A stretch of DNA of 57,742 nucleotides, counting the filler, from Dimargaris cristalligena (Eukaryota), in NCBI GenBank assembly GCA_003614675.1. It is 5 parts of 5 records of this genome, joined end to end, with 100 filler letters (N's around TTAATTAATTAA, not from the genome) between each part and the next. Parts side by side here need not be neighbours in the genome. Positions count along the whole stretch, not along the records: positions 11,614 to 23,101 come from ML003110.1; positions 23,202 to 34,662 come from ML003111.1; 3 more parts are not named here. One strand, 5' to 3'. The first letter of the stretch is position 1, and each line of letters opens with the position of its first letter. Shown in pieces: positions 12,398-25,483 of the stretch. A model generated the notes under the pieces. The model saw only the letters and a program-made list of their open reading frames with translations. It was not told where the DNA came from and searched no databases. The translations under genes were made by a program, and so were the position numbers.

Positions 12398-14519
12398 TTT
12401 GGATTTGGCTGATACTATTTGACACGACCGGGTATAATTTCTGTCCAAGGTGTTTTACAATATATATATATATATATACACTCAATGACATTATGAGCGT
12501 GGGCTAAGGCTAGGGCAGGTGGCTGTTAAGCGGATGGGGCGGTGGGGGAGATGGTGGAGGTCAGTAAGGGGGCGCTTACCTAGCTGGGGAAGAGGGATGG
12601 TGGAGGCAGTATACCCGACGCAGAATCTGTTCGAGACTTAGGCAAATGGGCTTGGGAAGGATAGAAGCGGGTCGCGGGCGTTCGATACGGCCGGGGATAC
12701 GTGGATATCAGTACGGGGGCTTCAACGAACAGGGGAAAGCGGGAGAAGGGCTGTTGAGTTGATAGACAAGGTCCAGTCTGGCGGAGAATCGAAAAGCAAC
12801 TGAAGAAGGGAGGAGGTAGAAAAGAGGACAGTAGCCAGAGTGAGGGCAATAGAAGGAATGACTATAAGGGAAAAAAGAGGGAGAGCGAAGGGAAGAAGCA
12901 CATTCTACTTTGGGGAAGGGCTTTTGGAAACGGGTTAATAAGGACGGCTGTTTCCGTGGCCGCAGTTCAACCTCACATTCATAATAAGGAGATGTGGGAA
13001 AGGAAGTCACTATTGTACACTCACCTCAACAGTATCTAAAAGCCACTAGTTGCCCGGAATAGATAGTGAAGAAGGGCTGCTTTGAGGGAAGGAAGGAGCA
13101 AACCCCCTTTCACTATAGGTAGTTACACTGGAATAGAAAAACTGAAGGAGCTGGAGACCCAGAAGCTAACGAAATGGAATGAAGTCCGAGGCCTTGGTAA
13201 GTATGAATACTAACGGCTCGGCAATATGTGCTACCTGGTATTGTCGTAGATGAAAGGGAAATATATAGTAATAATAGGTCTGTATATGAGTAGGACAGAC
13301 GCCTGATTGTTTATAAATGAGATGCTAGGAGCGGGTTTTTATATCCGGGTGATTATTCACTAGGTTGACTGGCACGACTACATCCACGAATCCCCGCGGC
13401 GCTTATCTTGCTACTAAACCAACGGCTATGATAAATACAACGGAAATCAGAATAGTTGATAAATGAATAATACATGGGAATATCGGTGGCTTTATCCAGC
13501 TATTGATAAAAGGCTCATTTGGACAGATGGCTAGAGCATTTGGAGGCGACCTTCCAGCTTCCATGGGTAGTGGAAGGTCGCCACGGCGTTGGGTCAAACG
13601 GGTTTTGACCAATGCCAGAAACCCCGAGTTGCCTAATCAGGCCACTGTGTTGGCATTCATTTGGCCACACCACCACAGACCAGTCAATAACCAAGCTAGT
13701 GTGATTAACAGCTGGAATGTGGATTTATCTCCGCCAGTTGTTATCGCAACCTAGTGCTCCCCCTTCTTTCCTTTAGTATTCCTGTACAATAAACTGTTAA
13801 CACACTGTTCCTATTTGACTCCTATTGGCATGTAGCAGAAATAAAGAGAAACTCAATTGAAGTCCAAATGCAAATGACCGCTCTCCTCCTTCCTGGGGGA
13901 ACCTTGCCACCTTGTTCTCCGGAGAAGAACTAAAGGAATTGTAATAAAAAAACTCGTGTTAAAAGGCGGGATAATACTCATTTTGGAAGCAAAAATGGGA
14001 TTCTTATATCCATCCTCCTTTGATTGTTTCGTACTAGCTGACCCAATTTTGAGTGGTTTAGTTTAGTTTTAACAGGTAAAATATATCAACTCCTATGTTC
14101 ATTATATGTGGGTACGACACAGTATTTTGGTAATTTTAGGCAGCAGACTTGTCCATTGAGTGTAGTAAGTAATACCAATGAATAATTAAACGTTAACGAT
14201 ATCAATTAACGATAACGTACTTGGAGCCAATTTTTTTAGAAAAATATAACTTTATCGGTAGTCAGGGGGAGGTGGGAATCGTTGGTTTGTCGGAGAATGC
14301 CTTGAGACACTCTTTTGCACATGGACTCCACTGACCCCTTAGCCAGCAAAATTCAGCTTTCCTCGCCCCAATCTTACCCACAGCATCCCTTTATTGTCTT
14401 TTCCATCGCTATTGCATCCCGCTTTTCAAGCGTTGATCAGCACCATCGCGTTCCTTAACTCGTGAATCTCCGCTCCCTCTTCTTGATTATACATCTAGCC
14501 ATTTAATTGCAATCTTACC

Positions 14520-15896
14520 ATGTTTGGTGCACCCGCCGCTCCCTCCTCCTTCAGTAGTTTCGGCGCTCCGTCTAATGGCATCAGTATTACCGGCGCCTCT
14601 ACACTAGCGCCCCCCTCCTTCGGCGGCTTTGGTTCAGTATCTCAGGCAACTACTAGTGGCAGTCAGGCCTCTACGGCGACTGTCACCGCTCCTTCGTTCG
14701 GCAGCTTCGGTAACGCGTCGAATGCCACCGGTGGGGGCGATATTTCCATAGCCGGTACGGGCAATGCGCCGACCCCGAGTCCATTTGGGGCATTCGGCAG
14801 TAATACTTCGCAGGCCGCGGCACCCAGTTTCGGACTGGGGATGGGTAGTTCCGCTCCGGCGGCCCAGCCGACTTCGCAGGCATCTAACCCCGCGAACACT
14901 AGCGGATTGTTCGGTAGTTTTGGTCAACCGGCATCGAACATCACCGCAACTCCCCTGTCGTCTACGCTAGCGCCCCAAACCCTGCCAAACTCCTTCGGTT
15001 CCTGGGGCTCGAATTCCACTTCTACTCTCGCTTCCACTTTGGCTGCCCCCGCCCCCCTTTCCTTCACTTCCGCTTCCGCTTCTGCTCCTAACCCAGCCGG
15101 CCAGGCCTCGTTTTCAAATACCGCCGGTTGGACTAAATCCACCCGGGTGGCTGACTTACCCGAGGACGCCCGATCCATGCTGGAAGAATTCGAAAAGTTC
15201 CAACAGGAGCAGTTCAAAATTCGCGATAGCCTCGCGACGCGCTCGACGGCCCCCCAACTCATCCAGCGCGCCGCGGAACAGGTTTACCACGCCGAACAAC
15301 AACGCTCGGCCCTTCAACTCACGCTCAATGCGGACGGCCAGCGACTGGAGCAGCTTAAACAGCGCGTTAACGCCGAATTACGAATTATCGAAGTGGCCAC
15401 CCGGGGTTTATTGGATAACCCTCCCCATTCGGCCCCGAATCCCCCCCAAGGCGGGGCTATCGGAACCCCCGCGTCGGCTCCCCCCCTCGGAGGGCCAACA
15501 TCAGCAGCGATGATGAACTACCGCCCCACTTATCTGACTCAGCCCACGTACTCCGTCAATATGTCGGACAATGTGGCCATGAGCTTCGAATACTACTGGG
15601 CCCTGCTCAGTACCTTCGAAACCAAATACCAGGAATATAGTCAACTGGCGGATCGGATCGAATCCCACCTTCGGTCGCTACTCGGTTCGACCAACGGCGG
15701 CGGTGGTTCGGCGTCGTATGGTGCGAATAATGGAGGTCGGAGCCGGGGAGGTGAGGAGTTGAATAAGCTGCCAACCACATCATTAACCAATGCCATGCGC
15801 TACATGCACGAAACGTTCATGGCCCTATCCGCCCAAATTTCGTCGATTCATACCCGAGTGGAGGAACTTAAAGTAAACATGGGTTTTTATGCCTAA
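14520..15896 (+). CDS. NUP49: FG-repeat central-channel nucleoporin Nup49/Nup58-like
   Basis: Many SFG/FG repeats in the N-terminal half; WTKSTRVADLPE motif; C-terminal coiled coils ending FMALSAQISSIH. Confidence 0.8.
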   Translation: MFGAPAAPSSFSSFGAPSNGISITGASTLAPPSFGGFGSVSQATTSGSQASTATVTAPSFGSFGNASNATGGGDISIAGTGNAPTPSPFGAFGSNTSQAAAPSFGLGMGSSAPAAQPTSQASNPANTSGLFGSFGQPASNITATPLSSTLAPQTLPNSFGSWGSNSTSTLASTLAAPAPLSFTSASASAPNPAGQASFSNTAGWTKSTRVADLPEDARSMLEEFEKFQQEQFKIRDSLATRSTAPQLIQRAAEQVYHAEQQRSALQLTLNADGQRLEQLKQRVNAELRIIEVATRGLLDNPPHSAPNPPQGGAIGTPASAPPLGGPTSAAMMNYRPTYLTQPTYSVNMSDNVAMSFEYYWALLSTFETKYQEYSQLADRIESHLRSLLGSTNGGGGSASYGANNGGRSRGGEELNKLPTTSLTNAMRYMHETFMALSAQISSIHTRVEELKVNMGFYA

Positions 15897-16342
15897 TTTT
15901 TGCAGCGTGTCTTTTCTTCACACATATATATAACAGCAACTGCGGCCGCTAAACCTTGTACCGTCCGTGTTATTATCCACTTGGCCATTCCTCATATCCT
16001 ACACCAAATACCTTATTTACCATTTCAGTCCTTTGTCAGTTTTATACAAATAGTACTACGCCGGTTGTAATAAACGCTGGGCCGGTTGGTATCATCTACT
16101 CCTTTGATTATTTCTGTCGGACTAGTGCGGCCTTGGGCCGATTGAACCTATTCAAATGTGCTGATATGACTGGCCACCATCTCGCCATTGAGCAGCCAGC
16201 TCAATACATATTTTTCTTCATATACATGAGTTCAGCGCTATTTAAATTTTCAATACTATATATTTTTTTGCCCAGGAGTTGTTGAGAGTGTCTCTATAAG
16301 GAACAGATTATTGGTACAATAATACGACCATTTTCCCTGATT

Positions 16343-16612
16343 TTAATTTAGTCTGCCACGGCGCACTGCCGTGCACATATATCTATATCTATCTATATGT
16401 GTTGCCAATGATTTGAGGGGCTCTGCTGCAATGCCTTTGGGAGAGTCGGCAGGAGGGGGAACCTCCGATTTCTTTCCACTAGATGGCTCGCCATATTTCG
16501 TCGTGTAATGCGGAGTGCTGGACTTTGCTGGGTTCGAGGGGGTTGAGACCGAGGTGGCCTTGGGGAAGTCGCTGCTGAGTTCCTGGTCGTCCATTGCGTC
16601 GTATGTCGTCAT
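16343..16612 (-). CDS. Possible small hypothetical protein or gene fragment
   Basis: GC-rich island in AT-rich DNA. 89-aa S/P/K-rich ORF; an overlapping alternative frame is also open for about 47 codons. Confidence 0.2.
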   Translation of the reverse strand: MTTYDAMDDQELSSDFPKATSVSTPSNPAKSSTPHYTTKYGEPSSGKKSEVPPPADSPKGIAAEPLKSLATHIDRYRYMCTAVRRGRLN

Positions 16613-17802
16613 CTCGCATCATTGGTTGTTAAGAAAAAAATAAAATAAGCTACGACATTATAAGAAAATGTTAAAATCAAATGGTATAATCAATTTGGTA
16701 CTCGGAGATACCAAAAATTCGAACTAAGTAAATAAAAGTAAAACAAGTAGAGGTAGTGGCAATAAAATAATTGATAATAATAAAACTGGGTAAAAGGCTA
16801 ATTGTCAGTATCATCTGGTGAAGTTGAATCAGATCTTTATTCGTTTATCTCGAAACTAACTTGTCCCTTCAACTGAGGGGACACTACTAAGGTATATATA
16901 AGAAATTGACCAAACTAAATAACTATAGCTAAGAGCAACACTGTGATAATTGTAGGACATAAAAAAACCTAAAGATAGGGGAAAAATTGACCTACTGGCT
17001 AAACTATGGTCATAAATGGGTTAAGAAAGAACCAAAATATAGAAATTGGAAGGTTGGAAGACACAGCCTTCCCAGTCCTCCTTCATGTCAGATATTGATA
17101 AAACCAAGAAAAAGGAATTCATGCTAAGAAGTTGTATGGCGTGATTCCAAGAAGGAATCCACCAGTGGCTGGTTATTCTGTAACGATTATAAAAGGTTTA
17201 TTAGTATATTGAATAACCAGAATAAAGTAGAATATAAAAAGGGAACCTCCCAGATCCATGGAGGGGGTAGGGGCACTGGTATAAGTCCCTTATCAGTCCC
17301 AGGCCGGGTACCATAGTTATTCTGGCGGCCTTTCCTACTGGCTAATGCAGTACACCCTATATTCAGGAAGGATCTAATACCAGATAACATAGTACTTCCT
17401 TTATGTGGTCAGTATGACCGTAACAATTCCCAAGCCCCGCTCATGAAGGATTGTCAATAGCATAAAAGTAGTGATATAAGGTGGTCAATCGTCATAGTTT
17501 TAAAATTACAATTGATTTCGACAACCTATAACTTTGTCAATAATAGACGGAAAAGTAAATGGAAACATGATTTGGAAAGCTGAAGGAAAATAGAATCAGC
17601 TAGCATAAAGAAATAAAATAATACTCTCGGCCCCGGACTATTCCCATGGAAATAACTTATTGATCATCCGGGGACCTTGAATTCATCCAAAGTATGACTA
17701 CTTCTTGGATTGGTAATGTGTACCGGGGCTTACACGGCCTCTGCCCAACTGCCCACAGCAGCACACACATATATATATAGTTGCTATAGTAATCTATACT
17801 GA

Positions 17803-19318
17803 CTAATTAGCCTGGCTCAGAGACTTGGTCATGAGAGGTTGCATCTTCTTACGCGACGACTTAATGTTACGCTGGTTATACACAACGTAGCCCTTGGTGT
17901 CCAGTGTCTGGGAGTATGGGCTATCCGCGTCAATCAGGCTGGCAAAGCACTTGCGGTTATTGGTGGGTCGGTAGGGTTCGAGATTGAGCTCAGGGGCCGC
18001 ATTAAGGTCCTCCAGCAGTTTGCGGAAGTGCTGGTGCTTAGGATCGTTGATGGTAGCGTCGCTTAACCGGAGTTCCGGAGCGTAGACCAGGAGCTCGCGC
18101 CGCAGTTGGGTGGGGTCGTGTTCGTCACTGTACATAGTCATGACGGCGAACAGGTCCACTTTGCGGTCCAGATAAGTCTGGTGGATACTTTGTTCAAAGA
18201 CGGGGGTACTGTCACGCCCGATCCACTGTTTGAACGACATGATGACGGCACTGATACCGACATTATAAGGGCCCATGGTCCACGACTTGTAGTCCTTGCG
18301 CAGGAGTTCGGCCCCGGTCAGGTGGATGACGTTCTTGCGGGCGGTGTCGATGTCGTGGAACCAGGCGCTCAAGTAGGCGGTCCGGCAAGCCTCATCGGTT
18401 TCACCGATGCTGTTCGACTGGCATTCGGTGGGTAGCGCGATGGGGAAGGGTTTGCCCTCGGCCGCCAAATCGTAGACTTCGTCGGAGTTGCGCGGGGGCT
18501 GGCTCGGCAGCATAGTTTCTAGGCGGGGACGGGCGCGCCAGAGGACATCAATCGCCTCTTGGTCCATGGGGGCCAGCTGGCCGTTATTGGGGTCGAGGTT
18601 GCCCGTGTCCACTAGGATGGGGGCCAAGAGCATGTGGAACAGGTTCGGTTGGTGGCGGACCAGGTCGGGCAGGAAACCGTCCAAAGCGGTGGGGTTGGTA
18701 GCACTGGCTTGGGCTGTGGTATGGCCTGTACCACCCAACAGCTGGTAACCCTCCAAAGTGGTCAGGGTGGTGGCGGACCCTACTGTGGTGACCCAGCGGG
18801 GATTGGCCTCCGGGAATTTTTGTTTATCTTCGTGGTGGTCCAGAATGGCCCGCACATAGGGGGCCAGGAACGGTTGGTAATCGTTGGGCTTATTGTGGTC
18901 CACCAGGATAATTTCCAGCCGGTCGGCGGGAATCACCAAGGGACCGGACTTATTATCCCGGAGACGACCGAACAAACTGGCCAGGACGGGACTGTCTTCG
19001 AATACCAGTAGTTTCGGGTCCAAACGGCCCGTCTGCTCGAGCACCCGCACACATTCGGGTCGAATCTTGAAATCGGCCGCCGGGATGTTGATAAGGGGAA
19101 TGTAAACAGCGGGGGCCTGGGTGCCCTTGGTCAGGTCGTTCAAATGGCGCCAGTAGGAATAGGTGATGGCCGTGACCATGGAGTCGAGGTCTACATCGAC
19201 GAGAGGGGGGGGAAGAAGAAGGTGATTAGTTAATATCGAAGTCTGGCGGTGCCTTTTTAGTGTGCGGCTTCTCCGCAAATACAATACCGGTTTGACACAG
19301 TGGTTTAATGGTGCTATT

Positions 19319-19349
<31 letters not shown>

Positions 19350-19684
19350 GAATTGCGCAGGCGAATAATGGTCCTATTGGTAAACTTACCGGCTGCTTCG
19401 GTACCCATGGTAATTACCAGGCGGGGCTGCTTGGGGTCCAAAATCTGCTTCACCAGGAGTTCCAGGTCGGGGGTGAACGAAGTGATGAACCGGCTTAGTT
19501 CCAGGTGCGGCTCACCCGAAAGGGAGGCCGACGGCGGGTAATCGGACCCACGGCGAATCTGCGAGTAGGATTGGCTGGACATATTGATGGGCTCAGCAAC
19601 AGTCAAAGTCACTAAGGTACAGATCAAGAGAGTACCGATGCGAATGGCCCGGCAGCACCAGGAGGGGCGGCTAAACAGAGTCAT
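17803..19684 (-). CDS. PPX1: DHH-family exopolyphosphatase Ppx1/prune-like; 2 exons (19684-19390, 19190-17803); alternative start at 19582
   Basis: Splicing reconstitutes GTEAA|DLDS. Also LVDHN, ILDHHED, VGSATTL, ILVDTGNL, LLRKDYK and SSRKKMQP. Confidence 0.9.
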
Positions 19685-21363
19685 ACCAGTTAATGGGGTC
19701 GGGTTGTCGGAGTGAAGAGGTGGGGGGTAGGTTTTATCCGTAGTGAGGAACAATTGGAGCGAAGCCGAAAGATGGTGAGTCGTATTAGTCGGATATGTAG
19801 GAGCGCAGCGATGTCAATTTGTAAATGGTACAGAGCGGGTGAGATATATGGCAGAATGTGAACCGTGTTAGATAGGTGTATCGCCCCAGGTTGATGAAAG
19901 GAGGGGGGGGGTAAGGAATAAAGATTAGTCTTTGGCTTCTGTTGTGTGAGACTGGATTAGGTCGATATGTTAGTACACCCCAGAAGTTCAAGCGAAGTGT
20001 ATATTAAATATATATATATATATATATGAAAATTTATAGAGCAGCAAACACGCCGAGTCAAATAGGTTTTAAAGGGTGTGGACCGAAGGCAGTGGAAGCC
20101 GTGGTATAAGTAGTTAGTCGCCAGTTGACCAACTTACCTCTATACTGACGAGAAATATTATATATAAATAAATTTGGGTAGCGACGGTCCCTTTTACTCG
20201 ACCAGCTTGGCGTAAGTGACGGACGTGGGACGACGGCGCAATGTGAAACGATGGGGTGAAGCACCACCGACAAAGTGGGCAAAAGAAGAGAGACCAGCGA
20301 GGCGGGAATGAGAAGGTGGAGAGAATGGCCGCCAACCAGTAGAAGAGTCTCTAATATTAGTGCGATAGTATTTAGGCCCAGTTGGGGGGGGGGGGGTAAT
20401 AGTAAAGTATGGCAGTAAAAAGGTCCCGAATTCCTTTCGTGGTGAGCACCAACTTCGCTAGCGTTACCCAAGGCAAGGGGCCTGGACCAAAGAAGAGCCA
20501 ATAGTCCATTTGGGTCGTTTCACACAATGGGCACACACTAGGTTACAGGCGTGCCACTAACGATGAGTCCCTCGGCCACTCTGAGTCGTTTTCCTCGATT
20601 CCCTCTTTTGCATTGACCCTCCGCCACTTGGTGACTGCAGCACGCACTCCCCCCCCCATCCTCCTTCTCTACTATTAATGGCTTTGGCCGGCGGGCATTT
20701 GGGATGGTCCTGCTGCTATCTACCCCCCCCCAAGACCCAATGGTGTAAAAATCGGTGAGGACAAGGTGGGTGTGTGTGTGTTCGTGTATATAGGAAGAAC
20801 ACATGCATGCCCACTCCCCTCTATCTCTCTATCCCTCCTCACTCGCCGAATTGGCAATTTTATTTGATTATAAGGAGGCCGGTTGATTATAAAACCGTGA
20901 GTAAAAGGCTCAGATGCACCACAGGGCATTCGTTGCATATTTAGTACATAATAAAAACCAGTTGCAATGTGCCATGGTGGTGTGAGGTGGGAGCCAGCCA
21001 TTTCTCTTCGACATGCTGCCTCATAACTATCCACAGGATGGCTTCTTGGGAGTGCCCCGCCTAGATGTTCAAAGGCCTGGTTGTAACGACTATGCTATGC
21101 TGAAGAGGCCCGATTCTTACCGAGCGGGATACTTGGGGTTCTTGGATATTAAAAAAGATACTTTATTAAGATATGTCGAATCCCCGAGGTGACATGTGCG
21201 ATAGTTTGGTTTTAAACTCGGGTTCCTCATTGCGGAGTCGATTGTGCTAGTAACCACTCACTGCTATTATGGCGGTGGATCCTCTCGCTGGTGAGGAGGT
21301 CAGGTACGCTACGTCACGCCGAGGCGAATACGAAGGACTCGTGTATGCACACCCTGGTCTGGT

Positions 21364-21777
21364 TCACACGGAACTCCCGCCAGGTGCGGCCATACGGCTC
21401 CGAATAGTGAGCCGACACTCACGTAATTGGGCCAGAATGAACTGGTAATGTTTCTTCTCGCTCTCATTGACCTGGTGCTTGACCTGGAGGTTTTTCCAGG
21501 CTGGCCTTTCGGTGCTTTTAAAAGACATACCGGCCATGGACAAAACGATGCCCACCCGGTCCTGCTCGCAATTGGCCAATTTGACCTGGAACTCGGCGAT
21601 GAACCGGTCACAGACTTCCAGGCGCTTGGCGAGGGATTTCATGTCAAAGGCCGGATAAACGACCGTTGATGCGGTGGTGTCAGCCACGGGCGGGGAGGAG
21701 TCGCCAATTACGATAGTGGAGGGGGGTGGGGCCATGGAGGTGGCCTGGAGGAGTCGTGGCGGGGTAGGGTTAATCAT
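21364..21777 (-). CDS. Hypothetical small coiled-coil protein (start 21777 or 21735)
   Basis: GC-rich codon-like ORF with a helical segment (LAKRLEVCDRFIAEFQVKLANCE). No recognised family. Confidence 0.45.
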   Translation of the reverse strand: MINPTPPRLLQATSMAPPPSTIVIGDSSPPVADTTASTVVYPAFDMKSLAKRLEVCDRFIAEFQVKLANCEQDRVGIVLSMAGMSFKSTERPAWKNLQVKHQVNESEKKHYQFILAQLRECRLTIRSRMAAPGGSSV

Positions 21778-23101
21778 AGGGATGTATAATGGACGAGCTT
21801 CCGTCAAAAAGGCAACAACAATGGAATAATAGCTCAGAGGGTGAATGAATGGATGGGGAAGTCGACGAGGAAAGACCGGGAATCGACGAGTAAAAGGAAA
21901 GAGCTGGTTCACGAATGTCCTGGATTTTTATACCCGGTGGTTCGGACTAGACCTGGGAGGAATAAGCCTGCCAGTCCAACTGATTAGCCAGCTTCCAGTG
22001 CATACAAAAGGGGTGACCCCCCCAGAGGCGCACTCGCTGACTGTATGCGTGAAGAGCCTAATGGTGGACATTGTCCGCCTCTACATGTCGCAGTGGAGCA
22101 AAATGCGTGGTCGGCAGAGAGTGCACTTACTCATTGAATTACGGACAGCCGATGCAGCAGTAGAGCGTCAAGCTTGGCTAATCCATTAGTTCCAGGAAAT
22201 GAGGAAGCGCATAACCGAAAAGTAAAGAAAAAGGGGGTAGAGGGCAACTTCTGCTAGAATGGCAATGAACCTATTTCATATAACAATGGATGTTGGTGGA
22301 GCCCGATAATTACGCATCCCCTTGGGTGCCAATGGCAGTTGCTATAATTAGTCTATATCCTAATAATACCATTATATTGGCAACCACTGCATAGCTTGCG
22401 GCTTATCGAAGGGTCTTGGGATTATAAATACACTCCAACAATTCTATAATGGCTATGAAGTATGCCATAATTTATAGACCGTAGTAAGTGTCATATTTGA
22501 GTATTGATACCATTAGAATTCGGGTCACCAAATTTAGATGCCTATCCGGTAGGATAGTAAGTAATGAAAAATCAGTCGGATGATCAATTATAATTATAAA
22601 ACGAGCGAACAAATTAATTATTTAACCCCATAATAAGTACCCAAGCCCTTGGAATATATACAAATAAAGAAAACAGAAACCATTCTAGACAATACTAATC
22701 TCAAAAACAAAAAAACGTTAAGGACAAATTATCGCTGGTATATCCGACCCGCTCCAGTAATTGCAAGAGTCCTGTCAACTATGACCTATCCAATTAGCCA
22801 ATGAAAAAAGTATAATAAATAGTAAATGTGCCAATAGCACCCCAATTTTTTTTTAGAATGTGTAGTCCTACCCCATAAAATAACATTGTTGTGCCGCCTC
22901 CCCAAGAACCACAAACTTCGGCGGCACCTATTCCTAGGCCCAGGTCACCAGGACGTCCTCAGGACCGGTCTGGTGATTCCCCCAGACATCCTGCAAGAAT
23001 CCCCAACCCGCCGGTACCGAATGTTCCCATGACCTCCCCAGTAGCTAAGCCACCAAGTTTATTAGAACAAACTCGCTCGGAACTTAATCCAAACCAGCAA
23101 C

Positions 23102-23201
23102 NNNNNNNNNNNNNNNNNNNNNNNNNNNNNNNNNNNNNNNNNNNNTTAATTAATTAANNNNNNNNNNNNNNNNNNNNNNNNNNNNNNNNNNNNNNNNNNN
23201 N
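23102..23201. other. Artificial contig-joining spacer
   Basis: N44-TTAATTAATTAA-N44. Confidence 0.97.
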
Positions 23202-23297
23202 GGATAATATGTGGGATAATAACTTTTGACCAGTAATATTTACCTCATCAAATGGATTATTCGTTATACAGCCTGGATGAACTTCTGCTATATGGAG
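23202..23297 (-). mobile_element. Partial copy of the 148-bp MITE family, cut by the contig edge
   Basis: Reverse complement reads ...CAGGCTGTATAACGAATAATCCATTTGATGAGGTAAATATTACTGGT, matching 47448-47494 and 52252-52298. Confidence 0.75.
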
Positions 23298-23323
23298 AAA
23301 TAACAATACAGCCAACCGGCTTT

Positions 23324-25483
23324 TCACACAGGTGGCAATGGGGCTCGACATACTGGACATTCCAGCTTGGTGCGCATCCAAGTTTGAAGGCATTCGGTGT
23401 GGAAAATATGGTGACACGGAGTGACCATGTAACTGGTCCGGCCCAATCGGGAGACGGCCGCTGCGCCGGGGTGATTGGATCCACCACCACCTCCTCCTCC
23501 TGCCGCTACTGCTCCATTGGCCCCCGTTTCCACGGGTACCATGCAAATGGCGCAATCCCGGGCCGCGCCATCACTGGGGTCGTTCCCCGCGGCCGCCTCA
23601 GGGTCTAGGGGCGGCAAAAGAGGGTGGTAATTGTAAGTGGGGGGGATAAGCCGGGCGGGGAGGAAGAACCGGGGTCCCAGGTAGTCCTGGAGGGTCAGGA
23701 CCCCAATTTGCAGGCCCAGATAGGCCACTAGATGGAAGACTTCCGGGTAGGGGGCTTGATCCGCAAAGATGGATTCGGAGCAGCCCAGGGCGTAGAGGGG
23801 GTAAGCCAAGCGGGTGGCCGTTATTCCCCAGAGGTATCGCGGGCTCAGGGCATGGCTGGATCCCCGCTGGGCATTACGGATAATCTGGGGGATCCAGAAT
23901 GAGAAGAGGACCGTCAGCATAATCCGGAGTAGGGTGGTCTGGAAGACGGTTACCGCGTCTGCCGCGATGTAAATGAGCGTAAGTCCCGCCAGGAACATCG
24001 CCGAAATGTGGAGGTACAGGGTCCCCGTAATTTGACCTTCATTCAAGACGGGGCCGCCGGACTCGGGCTGTTGGACCTTCCAAATGATGAGCAGGTAGCG
24101 CATTTCGCAGATCGAGGCCAGTGTAAAGGTGAAAAAGGCGGCCGCCACAAAGGGTAGGAATAAATGGGCGCTGATCAAGGCGAACGAAAGGACGAACACG
24201 AGCGTGTAAGCATCGATAAGGGTCTGGAGGCAAATGGACCAATAGGATACTTTGGTAATACTGGACGGGGTTAGAGCGTAGTCAATTTGGTGAATGGTCA
24301 GCCAAACTTGGATGCAGCCGATGATTAGGGAGAAAACGGCGAAGTGTATGGCTTTCGTTTCGTAGATTTCGGACTTGGTACCGCGTAGGAAGGGCGTCTC
24401 TTCGGTGGTCCAGAGGGTACCGCAGGTGGACGAGTACATGAATATGGCGGCGTTGAGTGGGGGAGGGGCAATGGTCGATATCCCCGTGGGTATCCGTAGT
24501 TCCTCCTCCAGTTCGGCCAGGTCATTGGAATTGATATCGGCGGACACTGGCTGCAGTTGCACATACAAATCATAGTGGCAGCCCAGGGTGGAAGTGGAAT
24601 TATTGTCGGCATCCTCTGATATACGGTTAGCCATTTGAACGGACACGAATATAAAGCATAAAGTGTGATTAGAAAGATGCCAAGAAATATTAACTAGATC
24701 CATCCAACATGGGGTTTGGCAGCTTGTTAAATTCGTACTAATCCGGATAAACTTGGCAAATCAGTCGCGAATAAAATTTGGATAGAAGGACTTACTTGAT
24801 TCATGAGTCGAAAAGAATGGTTCTAATTTTGAACTAGTAAAGGTTGTTTGGGTCAGATTTTTCAAGGCGGTGAATGTACTATTGTCGGGCATCATGCGAA
24901 CCACGTCCAAATAAGCGGTCGCGTTGCGCTGGGATTGCGCTGACAGATAAATGGTTCCATTCTCGCGGAAATGATAGCCATCCAGCTGGAGCAGGGCAAT
25001 GTCCGTTCCATTACGCAACAATAACCGGCCCTGGATTTGCGCCACCGTTGCGTTTACCGTGTCGTGGGTTCGTAGATCTATTTTCACAAACCCCGGCAGG
25101 TGCGTGGAATTATCCGAACCCGGCCGTTGCTTCCCTGTAGACGGGTCAAGTGGTGATAAGGCGAGGTCTTTCAAGTCCAGACCCCCCGGATAGTATGTGA
25201 GCGGACCCTTAAAGGATGCCGCCAGGTGCTGGTAATACACGGGCGTCGTTGGCGCCCCAGGCGGAGGAAGAAGAACTTGGTTGAGATGGCGTTGGACGGC
25301 TTTGGGGTAATGGATTCGAGTGGCATTGTGGGTATAAGTTAAATTCCCGAGCTGGTCCCGCCACTGTTGGAGTAGCTGCTTACGCTCCGACGGCCCGGCG
25401 CTTTCGCTATTATTGAAGAGTCCGGAATTCAACAGGAGCAGGTAAAACATTAAAAGGTAAAAGAAGTAACTACAACGGTCCAT
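23324..25483 (-). CDS. TUL1: Transmembrane RING-H2 E3 ligase Tul1/Dsc1; 2 exons (25483-24796, 24615-23324), ~659 aa
   Basis: Signal peptide, luminal domain, ELEEELRIPTG, TPSSITKVS, multiple TM helices, SFWIPQI, LGPRFFLP, YNYH, and C-terminal CAIC...CHHIFHTECL..W....ECPVCR. Intron GTAAGT...GCTAAC...CAG. Confidence 0.92.

Noticed and set aside
17179..17389. Possible small solo LTR (TGTAAC...TAACA)
   Set aside because: No target-site duplication and no second copy in the window.
8196..19684. Phosphate-scavenging cluster (phytase + exopolyphosphatase)
   Set aside because: The two genes are on different contigs, so there is no evidence of linkage.
22887..23101. Pro-rich ORF or possible LTR start (TGTTGTG) at the contig end
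   Set aside because: Truncated by the spacer; gene and repeat cannot be distinguished.
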